From: Candidatus Latescibacterota bacterium
GTDB taxonomy: Bacteria; Latescibacterota; UBA2968; UBA8231
NCBI GenBank assembly: GCA_020852055.1
Contig: JADZBP010000098.1
Coordinates: forward strand, 1,262 to 65,261
Length of the DNA: 64,000 nt
Reading direction: 5' to 3'
The translations under genes and the position numbers were made by a program. The number at the start of each line of letters is the position of its first letter. Within the stretch, counting starts at the first letter, position 1. This document shows, one piece after another, positions 13,466-23,740 of this stretch. The notes under the pieces were generated by a model that was not told the origin of the DNA, searched no databases, and worked only from the letters and a program-made list of their open reading frames with translations.

Positions 13466-14782
13466 ATGTTTTGTCTGGCGCTGGTTGCCGGGGCTCAGGC
13501 CCAGCAGCCGGCTGCGCCGGCAGCTGCACCCGCTGACACCCAGGGTCTGCCCTCGGTGGTCCATCTCAGCATCAAAGGCAGCGGCCGCTTGCTGCCTTTG
13601 GCGATGCTCGACTTCACCCGCGAGGGCGGCGACGCCGAGCTGGAGCAGCGCACCAAGATGGTGGGCACCTTTCTGGGCGACGACCTGCGCAACTGCGGCC
13701 GCTTCGAGGTGTTGCGCGATTCGCTGCAGGTCGACAGCACCGGTTTCGGCCCGGTATTGGATCGCTGGTCCTCGGCCGGGGCGCGGGCCCTGTTGCGCGG
13801 GGCCATGCGCCAGCGCGAGGGACGCACGGAACTCTTCGCCACCCTCTACCGGCTGCCTGACCAGCGGGTGCTGATCGCCAAGGGTTATCCCGTCGATCAG
13901 GGACAGGCCCTGGAGGCGGCCCACCGGCTGAGCAACGACATTGTCTACGCCCTGACCGGGCAGCAGGGCATCGCTTTCACCCAGATCGCCTTTGTCTCCA
14001 AGCGGCAGGGCGACAAAGAGATCTACCGGATGGGGTACGACGGATACGATCCGCGGCCGGTGACTAACGACCGGGCCATCAACTATTCGCCCGACTGGTC
14101 GCCCGACGGGCGGCAGATCGTGTACTCGTCGATGCGCAACAATGGTTGGCAGCTCTTTATCGCCGACCTGGTGGCCGGGGTGAAAACCCCTATACGCACG
14201 CCCTCGTCCTCGAACACGGCGCCGACCTGGTCGCCCGATGGCCGGCGGGTTCTATTTGCGATGAGCGGTGAGGTCAGCACGGATCTCTATACGGTTACGG
14301 TGCCGGGGTGGCAGTTGCAGCGGCTCACCGACCATCCCGAGGCCGACTCCGAGCCGGCCTGGTCGCCCGATGGCCGGCAGGTCGCCTTCACCTCCGACCG
14401 CGCCGGGTTGCAGCAGGTCTATCTGATGAACGCCGACGGCTCGGACGTGCGGCGGCTGACCTGGGAGCCCGACGCGTGTGAGGGCTCTCCGGCCTGGTCG
14501 CCCGACGGCAAACGCCTGGCCTTCGTGCGCCGGGGGTTCGACGGGTTCGATGTGCACGTGATGGAGTTGGAGGGCGGCTCCCCGGTGCGCCTGACCTCGG
14601 GGGGCAGCAACGAGGCCCCCGCCTGGTCCCCGGACGGATTGCAACTGGCCTTCAGTTCCAACCGCACCGGCAATTCCGAGATTTATGCCATGGGCTGGGA
14701 CGGCAGCAACCTGCGCCGTCTGACCTACGGAGGAGAAAACGAGATGCCCGCCTGGTCTCCCATTTCAGTCGGCAACCGTTAG
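13466..14782 (+). CDS. tolB: Tol-Pal system beta-propeller protein TolB
   Basis: The start is trimmed to the ATG at 13466, giving signal peptide MFCLALVAGAQA (an in-frame GTG at 13460 is also possible). The repeated motif is P.WSPDG..[ILV][AV]F.S.R.G in at least 5 copies. Confidence 0.92.
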   Translation: MFCLALVAGAQAQQPAAPAAAPADTQGLPSVVHLSIKGSGRLLPLAMLDFTREGGDAELEQRTKMVGTFLGDDLRNCGRFEVLRDSLQVDSTGFGPVLDRWSSAGARALLRGAMRQREGRTELFATLYRLPDQRVLIAKGYPVDQGQALEAAHRLSNDIVYALTGQQGIAFTQIAFVSKRQGDKEIYRMGYDGYDPRPVTNDRAINYSPDWSPDGRQIVYSSMRNNGWQLFIADLVAGVKTPIRTPSSSNTAPTWSPDGRRVLFAMSGEVSTDLYTVTVPGWQLQRLTDHPEADSEPAWSPDGRQVAFTSDRAGLQQVYLMNADGSDVRRLTWEPDACEGSPAWSPDGKRLAFVRRGFDGFDVHVMELEGGSPVRLTSGGSNEAPAWSPDGLQLAFSSNRTGNSEIYAMGWDGSNLRRLTYGGENEMPAWSPISVGNR

Positions 14783-14881
14783 ACTCGCGCATCTTTGCAC
14801 AAGGAGGTCATATCGTCTATGAGAGCGCAGCAATTTTCCACGCAGTACCTTTTTCCTATCCCCTCAAAGAAAGGACGTACT

Positions 14882-15499
14882 ATGCGTACATCCACCCGTT
14901 TCACCAAGTTGTTCCTGGTCTGCAGCATCGCTGCTGCCAGTGTCGTGGCCTATGGCTGCGGTGGTAAGCCGATGCAGCAGGCGATGCAGGGCGAGATGGA
15001 CAAGGCCAAGGCCGATGCCGAAGCCAAGGCCAAGGCCGAAGCCGAGCGGATGAAGGCCGAAGCCGAAGCCAAGGCCCGCAAGGCCAAGGAAGACATGGAA
15101 GCCAAGCTGAAGGGTGATGCCGATGCCGAGGCCCGCATGAAGGCCGAAGCTGCCGCCCGCGCTGCCCGCACCTACGAGACCACCTATTTCGATTACGACA
15201 AGTCCAATATCCGCGACGACCAGAAGGCGGGGCTCACCCAGAACGCCGACAAGCTGAAGGGCAATGCGGATATCAAGGCGACGGTCGAGGGTCATTGCGA
15301 CGAGCGCGGCACCGCCGAGTACAATATCGCCCTGGGCCAGAAGCGCGCCGAGAGCGCCAAGTCCTTCCTGGTCAAGGCTGGCGTCGCCGCCGACCGTCTC
15401 AAGACCGTCAGCCTGGGCAAGGAACGTCCCGCCGACGCCGGCCACACCGAGGCTGCCTGGGCCAAGAACCGGCGCGTCGAGATCGTCGCGGCTCCTTAA
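14882..15499 (+). CDS. pal: peptidoglycan-associated lipoprotein Pal (OmpA family)
   Basis: It starts at the ATG at 14882 and has a lipobox (VVAYGCGG). A Lys/Ala/Glu-rich linker is followed by an OmpA_C domain (VEGHCDERGTAEYNIALGQKRAESAK...NRRVEIV). Confidence 0.92.
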   Translation: MRTSTRFTKLFLVCSIAAASVVAYGCGGKPMQQAMQGEMDKAKADAEAKAKAEAERMKAEAEAKARKAKEDMEAKLKGDADAEARMKAEAAARAARTYETTYFDYDKSNIRDDQKAGLTQNADKLKGNADIKATVEGHCDERGTAEYNIALGQKRAESAKSFLVKAGVAADRLKTVSLGKERPADAGHTEAAWAKNRRVEIVAAP

Positions 15500-15507
15500 G
15501 ACCTCCG

Positions 15508-16296
15508 ATGCGTTTCAGCCTCCTGCTCCTGGGGTTGGCCTGTCTGGGCGCAACGGGTTGCGCCCAGCAGGTCACCCTCAAAAAAATGCGCCTGGAAAAC
15601 CAGGAGATGGCCAGGCAGATAACCGCCCTGGACAGCCTCCTGCGCGTCCGCGAGGTCGAAGGTGAGCGGCGGTGGATCGAAGGGTCCACCGACAACGACG
15701 ACCTCAAGCGGCAGGTGCAGCAGGTGCAGGATCGGCTCGACAACGTCGCCAGGCGGCTAGCCGACCTGGCCAAGGATCTGGAGTCCCTTCGTTTATCCAG
15801 CGGCAGCAAGGGGCGCCCCTCCGCGGGGCGCCCCCCTGTCGCCGCCCCTGATACCGCCAAATCCCCGCAACAGGCGCTGCTCCTGGCCGACCCTCAGGAG
15901 TTGTACAACCTGGCCTACAAGGACATGGAGGCCGGCAACTACGCCCTGGCCATTGCCGAGTTCTCCCAGGTCCTCGACAATTTTCCGCAAAGCCAGTTGA
16001 GCGACAACGCCTGCTACTGGCTGGGCGAGTGTTATTACGCGCAGAAGGATTTCCCCAAAGCCGCCGAGATGTTTCAGCGCTTGTTGAAAGAGTACCCTCA
16101 GGGCGAGAAGGTGCCCGGCGCCCTGCTCAAGCTGGGATATTCCCTGGCCGAACAGAAGGACCAGGTCAAGGCCGCTGCCGCCCCGCTGCGCGAGGTGATC
16201 GAGAAATTTCCTGACGCGCCAGAAGCCAAACTGGCCAAAGAAAAACTCAAGGCCCTCGGCCCACCCGGCAAACCGGCGGCGGGCAAGCGCCGGTGA
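15508..16296 (+). CDS. cpoB: Tol-Pal system protein YbgF/CpoB (coiled coil + TPR)
   Basis: It starts at the ATG at 15508 with a lipoprotein-type signal (LACLGATGCAQ). A coiled coil is followed by the YbgF TPR block (YNLAYKDMEAGNYALAIAEFSQVLDNFPQSQLSDNACYWLGECYY). Confidence 0.88.
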   Translation: MRFSLLLLGLACLGATGCAQQVTLKKMRLENQEMARQITALDSLLRVREVEGERRWIEGSTDNDDLKRQVQQVQDRLDNVARRLADLAKDLESLRLSSGSKGRPSAGRPPVAAPDTAKSPQQALLLADPQELYNLAYKDMEAGNYALAIAEFSQVLDNFPQSQLSDNACYWLGECYYAQKDFPKAAEMFQRLLKEYPQGEKVPGALLKLGYSLAEQKDQVKAAAAPLREVIEKFPDAPEAKLAKEKLKALGPPGKPAAGKRR

Positions 16297-16907
16297 GCGA
16301 GGCCGGCGGGAGGGAGTTCATCCTGCGGGCGCGCAAAGCCCCCACCTCTCCCGTGTTCTCCCTGGACGACCTGGCCCGGGCCGGCCATCTGGAAATCGTG
16401 GCCCACTGCGTGGCCAATGCCCTGTTCATTTCCGGGCAGATCCGGCCCGCCATCGCGGTTCATCTCGTCCTCGAAGGGGCTCCGGCCCCGCCCCGGACCA
16501 TCCGGCTGGAGAGCGATACCCTCTGTTCCCTGGGTGGCTTCGACGAGCGCTCCATCTGCCAACTGGTGCAGCAGGCGCTGAAGGTCGGCCGCGACCTGAA
16601 ACTGGGCGAGGAACTGCGGGTGGACAGCGGGGTCTACATCGCCAAACGGAGTTTTGAACAGCTGGTCCGCGAGAAAAGCACCGCCGCGCCGCTGTACTAC
16701 CTGCAGCCGCGGGGAGAGGATATACGCGCCGTGGAGTTTTCGCTGCCAGCGGCCTTTGTGTTCTCCGACCACCTGTCCATGCCCAAGAAAACCGACAAGT
16801 ACCTGGCCCGTCTGGGCGCCCGCCCGCTCTCGGTGGGACCCCGGCGGCTCTTTGCCTCGCAGTGTATCGTGCTGGTCCACAATGAGCTGGACCGGCAGCG
16901 GCGGTGA
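16293..16907 (+). CDS. TrmY-like SPOUT methyltransferase (DUF358 / tRNA pseudouridine-N1 methyltransferase family)
   Basis: 204 aa with a GTG start overlapping the cpoB stop (GTGA). By eye it is collinear with my recollection of archaeal TrmY (quoted from memory, not aligned). The matching blocks are REFILRA..., FSLDDL..AG.L, CV.NALFIS..IR, FVFSDH and LSVGPRRLFASQCIVLVHNELDR. Confidence 0.7.
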   Translation: MSEAGGREFILRARKAPTSPVFSLDDLARAGHLEIVAHCVANALFISGQIRPAIAVHLVLEGAPAPPRTIRLESDTLCSLGGFDERSICQLVQQALKVGRDLKLGEELRVDSGVYIAKRSFEQLVREKSTAAPLYYLQPRGEDIRAVEFSLPAAFVFSDHLSMPKKTDKYLARLGARPLSVGPRRLFASQCIVLVHNELDRQRR

Positions 16908-16929
16908 ACTCCCCATCCGGAGGCGCTCC

Positions 16930-17226
16930 ATGCTGGGCAATCTCTCCATCATCAGTTCGGGATTGGCGCTGAGCCAGCAGCGGCTGGAGGCGTCGGCACA
17001 CAATACCGCCAACCTCAATACCCGGCCTTCGGCTGCCCTGCGCGTCGAAGCAGGCGAAGGGGCCCAGGGGGGAGTCGAGGGGACGGTGGTCGCCGGCGAG
17101 GGGCCGTCCAGTCCGGTGGTCGAGAGTGTGGAGCAGATCGCGGTCACCTACCAGGTCGTCGCCCTGAAAAAAGCACTGCAGACCCAGTCGGAGATGGTGG
17201 GCCGGTTGTTGGATCTGGAAGCCTGA
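16930..17226 (+). CDS. 98-aa flagellar-rod-like mini-protein (FlgB/FlgC-type N- and C-terminal helices only)
   Basis: The ATG at 16930 is preceded by GGAGG. The N-terminus LSIISSGLALSQQRLEASAHNTANLNT matches the rod-protein signature (..ANxxT). The C-terminus VEQIAVTYQVVALKKALQTQSEMVGRLLDL resembles the rod/hook C-terminal helix. There is no central domain. Confidence 0.55.
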   Translation: MLGNLSIISSGLALSQQRLEASAHNTANLNTRPSAALRVEAGEGAQGGVEGTVVAGEGPSSPVVESVEQIAVTYQVVALKKALQTQSEMVGRLLDLEA

Positions 17227-17238
17227 GACCCGGGAGCC

Positions 17239-18000
17239 ATGTTCAAAGGCAGGCGTTTCACCCTGTTGTTCATCCCCGAAGAGGGGGACCGGACCCTGGA
17301 ATACAAGCTGTCCCGGGGCGCCTTGTGGTTCTGGCTCTCGCTGGCCGGGGTGGTCGTGGTGCTGGTGCTGACCGGGCTGCGCTCCACCGCGGAGATGTAC
17401 CGCCTCGAAAAGAAGGTGGCGCGCCTCGAAAAGGAGAAGGAGTCCCTGGGCGAGCAGATGGACCAAATCGCCGAACTCGAGCAGGTGCTCCTGCGCCTCC
17501 AGCGCAGCAACCGGCAGTTACACATCATCCTGGGCGAGGGCAACGCGTTGGAGGCAGCTTCCCTGCCCGACGTCGAGCATACCGGGGTCGATCAGTACGT
17601 CTCCTCCCTCGACCGGCTGCGCTGGGGCCGGCTGCGTTCGTTGCCCAGCCTGTGGCCGGTGAGCGGGGTGGTGAAGCGCCCCTTCAGCCCCGACTTCCAG
17701 GCAGTGCTGATCGCCGCCCCGCCCCAGAGCCTGGTGCGGGCCAGCGCCGCCGGCCTGGTGGTGAAGGCCACCTTCGACGAGCGCCTGGGGCACCTGGTGG
17801 TGCTGGACCACGGCAACGGGCTGACCAGTGAATACGGCTACAATCAGATGCTGCTGGTCAAACAGGGGCAGCAGATCCAGAAGGGCCAACCCCTGGCTCT
17901 GTCGGGCCGTTCCGGTGCGGCCGAAAGCCCGGGGCTGTATTATGCCGTGATCGAAAACGGCCGCCGCCGCGATCCCCAACGCTATCGGTTGTGGCTGTGA
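17239..18000 (+). CDS. membrane-anchored coiled-coil protein with degenerate LytM (M23) domain (EnvC/NlpD-like, predicted non-catalytic)
   Basis: 253 aa with a TM helix (ALWFWLSLAGVVVVLVLTGL) and a coiled coil. The M23 fold is recognisable (HLVVLDHGNGLTSEYGYN...GQPLALSGRSG). The Zn ligands are missing: the HxxxD region reads FQAVLIAAP, and HLHFE reads GLYYAVIE. Confidence 0.8.
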   Translation: MFKGRRFTLLFIPEEGDRTLEYKLSRGALWFWLSLAGVVVVLVLTGLRSTAEMYRLEKKVARLEKEKESLGEQMDQIAELEQVLLRLQRSNRQLHIILGEGNALEAASLPDVEHTGVDQYVSSLDRLRWGRLRSLPSLWPVSGVVKRPFSPDFQAVLIAAPPQSLVRASAAGLVVKATFDERLGHLVVLDHGNGLTSEYGYNQMLLVKQGQQIQKGQPLALSGRSGAAESPGLYYAVIENGRRRDPQRYRLWL

Positions 18001-18353
18001 GCGCGGGACGCGAACCCAGGGAGAGCGGCACCGGTCACACGGTGATCGGCCGGGGCACGGTGCTGGAAGGGGTGCTCAAGATGGAGCACAGCCTGCGCAT
18101 CGAGGGGGTGGTGAAGGGCGAGTTGGTCGCCGCCAATTCCCTGGTGGTCAGCGCTCAAGGAGAGTTGGAGGCCGGCCTCATCGAGGTGGGGGAGGCGGTG
18201 ATCAGCGGCAGGGTGGTGGGCAAACTGCGGGCGCGGGTGCGGGTTTATGTATCGGCCGGGGCCGTATTCCACGGCAGCGTGGAGACGCCCCAACTGGTCA
18301 TCGAGGAAGGGGCGGTGTTTGTGCAGTCGCTCCCCACCGGCAAGGGCGGCTGA
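17991..18353 (+). CDS. bactofilin (DUF583 polymer-forming cytoskeletal protein)
   Basis: 120 aa with a GTG start that overlaps the LytM-gene stop. It shows the typical beta-helical repeat (IGRGTVLEGVLKMEHSLRIEGVVKGELVAANSLVVSAQGELEAGLIEVGEAVISGRVVGKL...VETPQLVIEEGAVF). Confidence 0.88.
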   Translation: MAVSAGREPRESGTGHTVIGRGTVLEGVLKMEHSLRIEGVVKGELVAANSLVVSAQGELEAGLIEVGEAVISGRVVGKLRARVRVYVSAGAVFHGSVETPQLVIEEGAVFVQSLPTGKGG

Positions 18354-18381
18354 ATCCCGAAAGCCGGCAAGCGAAAAAAAG

Positions 18382-18412
18382 AGGCGCGTGGCCCTTTGCG
18401 GACCACGCGCCT
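18382..18412. terminator. bidirectional intrinsic terminator between convergent bactofilin and groEL genes
   Basis: The stem aggcgcgtgg / ccacgcgcct is a perfect 10 bp. It is preceded by AAAAAAA and followed by TTTATT. Confidence 0.85.
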
Positions 18413-18442
18413 TTATTCGTTTACCGGGTCTGGTTCAGGGCA

Positions 18443-20080
<1,638 letters not shown>

Positions 20081-20112
20081 CTAAAGTGTTGATTACTTGT
20101 TGCTTATTTAAA

Positions 20113-20139
20113 TTAGCACTCTCAGAGGGGGAGTGCTCA
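20113..20139 (-). promoter_or_regulatory. CIRCE operator (HrcA binding site) in the groEL leader
   Basis: TTAGCACTC-tcagagggg-GAGTGCTCA compares with the consensus TTAGCACTC-N9-GAGTGCTAA, with one mismatch. It lies about 45 nt upstream of the groEL ATG. Confidence 0.9.
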
Positions 20140-20160
20140 AAATTTCCGATTCAAGTTTTA

Positions 20161-20189
20161 AATATAGCATGGCACACCAAAAGACACAA
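20161..20189 (-). promoter_or_regulatory. candidate sigma70 promoter for groEL (TTGTGT-17-TATATT on minus strand)
   Basis: The reverse complement reads TTGTGTcttttggtgtgccatgcTATATT, just upstream of CIRCE. Confidence 0.45.
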
Positions 20190-20197
20190 GGGATAAG

Positions 20198-20902
20198 ATG
20201 GATCAGCGGTGGGTTTGCTGGGCGGGTCGGGTGGGGTATCGCCAGGCCTGGGCCTGGCAGCAGGAACTGCGGGAAGGCCGCCGGCTGGGCCGGTTGCCGG
20301 ACCTGCTCCTGCTGGTCGAACACCCCCCCACCTACACCTGCGGCCGGGCCACCCGGCCCGAACACCTGCCCGCTGGTCCGGGGGCAGGCATCGAGGTGGT
20401 GCCCGTGGAAAGAGGGGGGAGCATAACCTATCACGGGCCGGGCCAATTGGTGGGGTATCCCATCCTGGCCCTGGCTCCCCCCGAGCAGGATCTGCACCGC
20501 TACGTGCGCCGGCTCGAGGAGGTGCTGATCCGCCTGCTGGCCGGCTACGGGCTAAAGGGCCGGGCCCGCCCGGGGTTGACCGGGGTTTGGGTGGGAGAGG
20601 AGAAGGTCGCCGCTATCGGCGTACACGTGCGGCGGTGGATCACCATACACGGCTTCGCCCTCAATGTAAATCCGGAACTGGCCCCTTTCCGGGCCATCCA
20701 GCCCTGTGGACTGGACAGCCGGGTGGTCACTTCGCTGGCGGCCCTGCTGTCCCGGCCTCCGGCCCTGGAAGAGGTAGCCAGTCAGGCTGGACGGTGTTTC
20801 GCCGAGGTGTTCGGGGGAACCTGGGAGCAGGTGTCGCCTGCGGGGCTCGGCGAGCGGGTGCCGCTGCCGGTCCCGTTTGCCAGCGGGGGGCAAAGTTTCT
20901 AA
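20198..20902 (+). CDS. lipB: octanoyltransferase LipB (lipoyl(octanoyl) transferase)
   Basis: 234 aa with LLLVEHPPTYTCGR, ERGGSITYHGPGQLVGYPIL, KVAAIGVHVRRWITIHGFALNV and QPCGL. Confidence 0.93.
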   Translation: MDQRWVCWAGRVGYRQAWAWQQELREGRRLGRLPDLLLLVEHPPTYTCGRATRPEHLPAGPGAGIEVVPVERGGSITYHGPGQLVGYPILALAPPEQDLHRYVRRLEEVLIRLLAGYGLKGRARPGLTGVWVGEEKVAAIGVHVRRWITIHGFALNVNPELAPFRAIQPCGLDSRVVTSLAALLSRPPALEEVASQAGRCFAEVFGGTWEQVSPAGLGERVPLPVPFASGGQSF

Positions 20903-20942
20903 GTTTTACCACCTCGTTAGCTAAACGACCGAGGAGGATCAA

Positions 20943-22196
<1,254 letters not shown>

Positions 22197-22223
22197 GCAG
22201 TTGAACCGCCAGAGCTGAAACCA

Positions 22224-22269
22224 GGCTCCAGAGCGCCCGACGACCGGGAGCTCTGGAGCTTTTTCTTTT
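22224..22269 (+). terminator. intrinsic terminator after icd
   Basis: The stem ggctccagagc / gctctggagct is followed by TTTTTCTTTT. It covers the upstream ATG of the 22268 ORF, which supports the 22280 start for moaC. Confidence 0.85.
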
Positions 22270-22279
22270 GGAGGATCAC

Positions 22280-22762
22280 ATGGCCAAGAAACTGACCCAC
22301 CTCGACGCCCAAGGCCGGCTGCGCATGGTGGACGTGGGGGCTAAAAAACCGAGCCAGCGGCTGGCGCGGGTGCGGGGTGAGATCGTCATGAAGCCGGAGA
22401 CGGTGCAACTGATCGCGGCCAACAAGGTGGCCAAGGGCAATGTGCTGGAGGCGGCCCGGCTGGCCGGGATCATGGCGGCCAAACGCACCGGCGAGCTGAT
22501 CCCGCTCTGCCATACCCTCAACCTGACGGCTGTCGATATCGAGTTTGCGGTGGGCGAAGACCGGGTCCAGGTGGAGGTCCAGGCCCGCATCGCCGACCGC
22601 ACCGGGGTGGAGATGGAGGCCCTGGTGGGGGCCAGCGTCGCCCTGCTGACCATCTACGACATGTGCAAGGCCGTGGACCGGAGCATGGTGATTTCGCAGG
22701 TGCGGCTGGTGGAAAAGCGGGGCGGGAAGAGCGGGACTTACCTGCGGAACGAGGGCAGCTAG
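22280..22762 (+). CDS. moaC: cyclic pyranopterin monophosphate synthase MoaC
   Basis: MAKKLTHLD..GRLRMVDVG.K......A...G with KGNVLEAARLAGIMAAKRT.ELIPLCH and TGVEMEALVGASVALLTIYDMCKA. The RBS is GGAGGA. Confidence 0.95.
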   Translation: MAKKLTHLDAQGRLRMVDVGAKKPSQRLARVRGEIVMKPETVQLIAANKVAKGNVLEAARLAGIMAAKRTGELIPLCHTLNLTAVDIEFAVGEDRVQVEVQARIADRTGVEMEALVGASVALLTIYDMCKAVDRSMVISQVRLVEKRGGKSGTYLRNEGS

Positions 22763-23733
22763 GGCTTCTTTTTCTTGCCCGCCGGCTTGGCGGCGGCGGT
22801 GTCGGGCGGGGCGGGTACCTTGTCGACGAGCAGGATCTCGACCCGGCGGTTCTGGCGCCGGCCGGTCTCGCTGGCGTTGGCGGCCAGCGGGCGGGTGTCG
22901 CCGTAACCCCGGGTGTACATACGCGCCTTGGGGAGATGGTAGTACTCGTGCAGGTAGGTTTTGATGCGTTCGGCCCGCTGCAGCGAGAGGGCCATGGCCT
23001 GGCCTTTCTTGCCGCCGCTGTCGCTGTGGCCCTCGATGAGCACCGGGGCCTCGGGGAAGGCGCTGATGAAGCTGGCCATGTGGGCCAGCCGGTCTTCGAG
23101 GGCCTGGGAGATCAGAGGGGTCTCGCCTTCGAAGTGGACCGTCTCCAGGGTCACCAGTTTGGGCTGCAGTTCACAACTGCGGTCGAGGGGGTAGGGCTGG
23201 CGGGGGTCGAGCACGTTTTCGAGTTTGATCAGCCGCACCCAGGAGGTGTCGTGGCCGATGCTGTCCACCTGGACCAGGCCGATCACCAGGCCGCCGTTGA
23301 CCGCCGAGAAGATGCTGCCCGCCTGCACCCCGTCGCGGCTGCCGAGATTGGCCTTGGAGCGGCCGCGGCTGATGGCCACCTGGCGCTCGGTGGCTGAGGC
23401 GGGCACATAGGGCTGGACGATGCGGTAGCGGTTGACCGGGCGTTTGGGTGGGATGGTGTCGGGTTCGGCCTCGGCGCGGGCCCGGGATCTGGGTAGGGGG
23501 ACGAGCGCCGAGTCGGCCGGGGCCTTGGCGGTGTTGGCGGCGGTGCTGTCCTTGGCGAGATGGCCGCGCGTTTTGGCTGCCCGGGGGGAGCCGGCGTGGG
23601 TGGTGTCGGCGGGGGCCCCGTGCTCCTGCGGGTGGGGTGTGGCGGCCAGCAGCAGCAACCACCCCAGCAGCAGTGCCCATCCCTTGCAGATGCCCGGCCA
23701 TCGCGGGTGCCGGGTGCCGGGCGCCGGGGTCAT
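22759..23733 (-). CDS. OmpA-family (OmpA_C peptidoglycan-binding) envelope protein
   Basis: 324 aa with a signal/TM segment (WALLLGWLLLLAA). The C-terminal OmpA_C domain reads IEGHSDSGGKK..AMALSLQRAERIKTYL...GYGDTRPLA...RRQNRRVEILL. Its stop overlaps the moaC stop (CTAG). Confidence 0.85.
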   Translation of the reverse strand: MTPAPGTRHPRWPGICKGWALLLGWLLLLAATPHPQEHGAPADTTHAGSPRAAKTRGHLAKDSTAANTAKAPADSALVPLPRSRARAEAEPDTIPPKRPVNRYRIVQPYVPASATERQVAISRGRSKANLGSRDGVQAGSIFSAVNGGLVIGLVQVDSIGHDTSWVRLIKLENVLDPRQPYPLDRSCELQPKLVTLETVHFEGETPLISQALEDRLAHMASFISAFPEAPVLIEGHSDSGGKKGQAMALSLQRAERIKTYLHEYYHLPKARMYTRGYGDTRPLAANASETGRRQNRRVEILLVDKVPAPPDTAAAKPAGKKKKP

Positions 23734-23740
23734 GGGCGGC

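Noticed and set aside
20108-20497. The 129-aa minus-strand ORF upstream of groEL, considered as a possible groES.
   Set aside because: The translation (MQILLGGSQGQDGIPHQLARPV...) has none of the GroES features such as the mobile loop or the roughly 95-aa beta-barrel pattern. It lies antisense to lipB, which is confidently coding.
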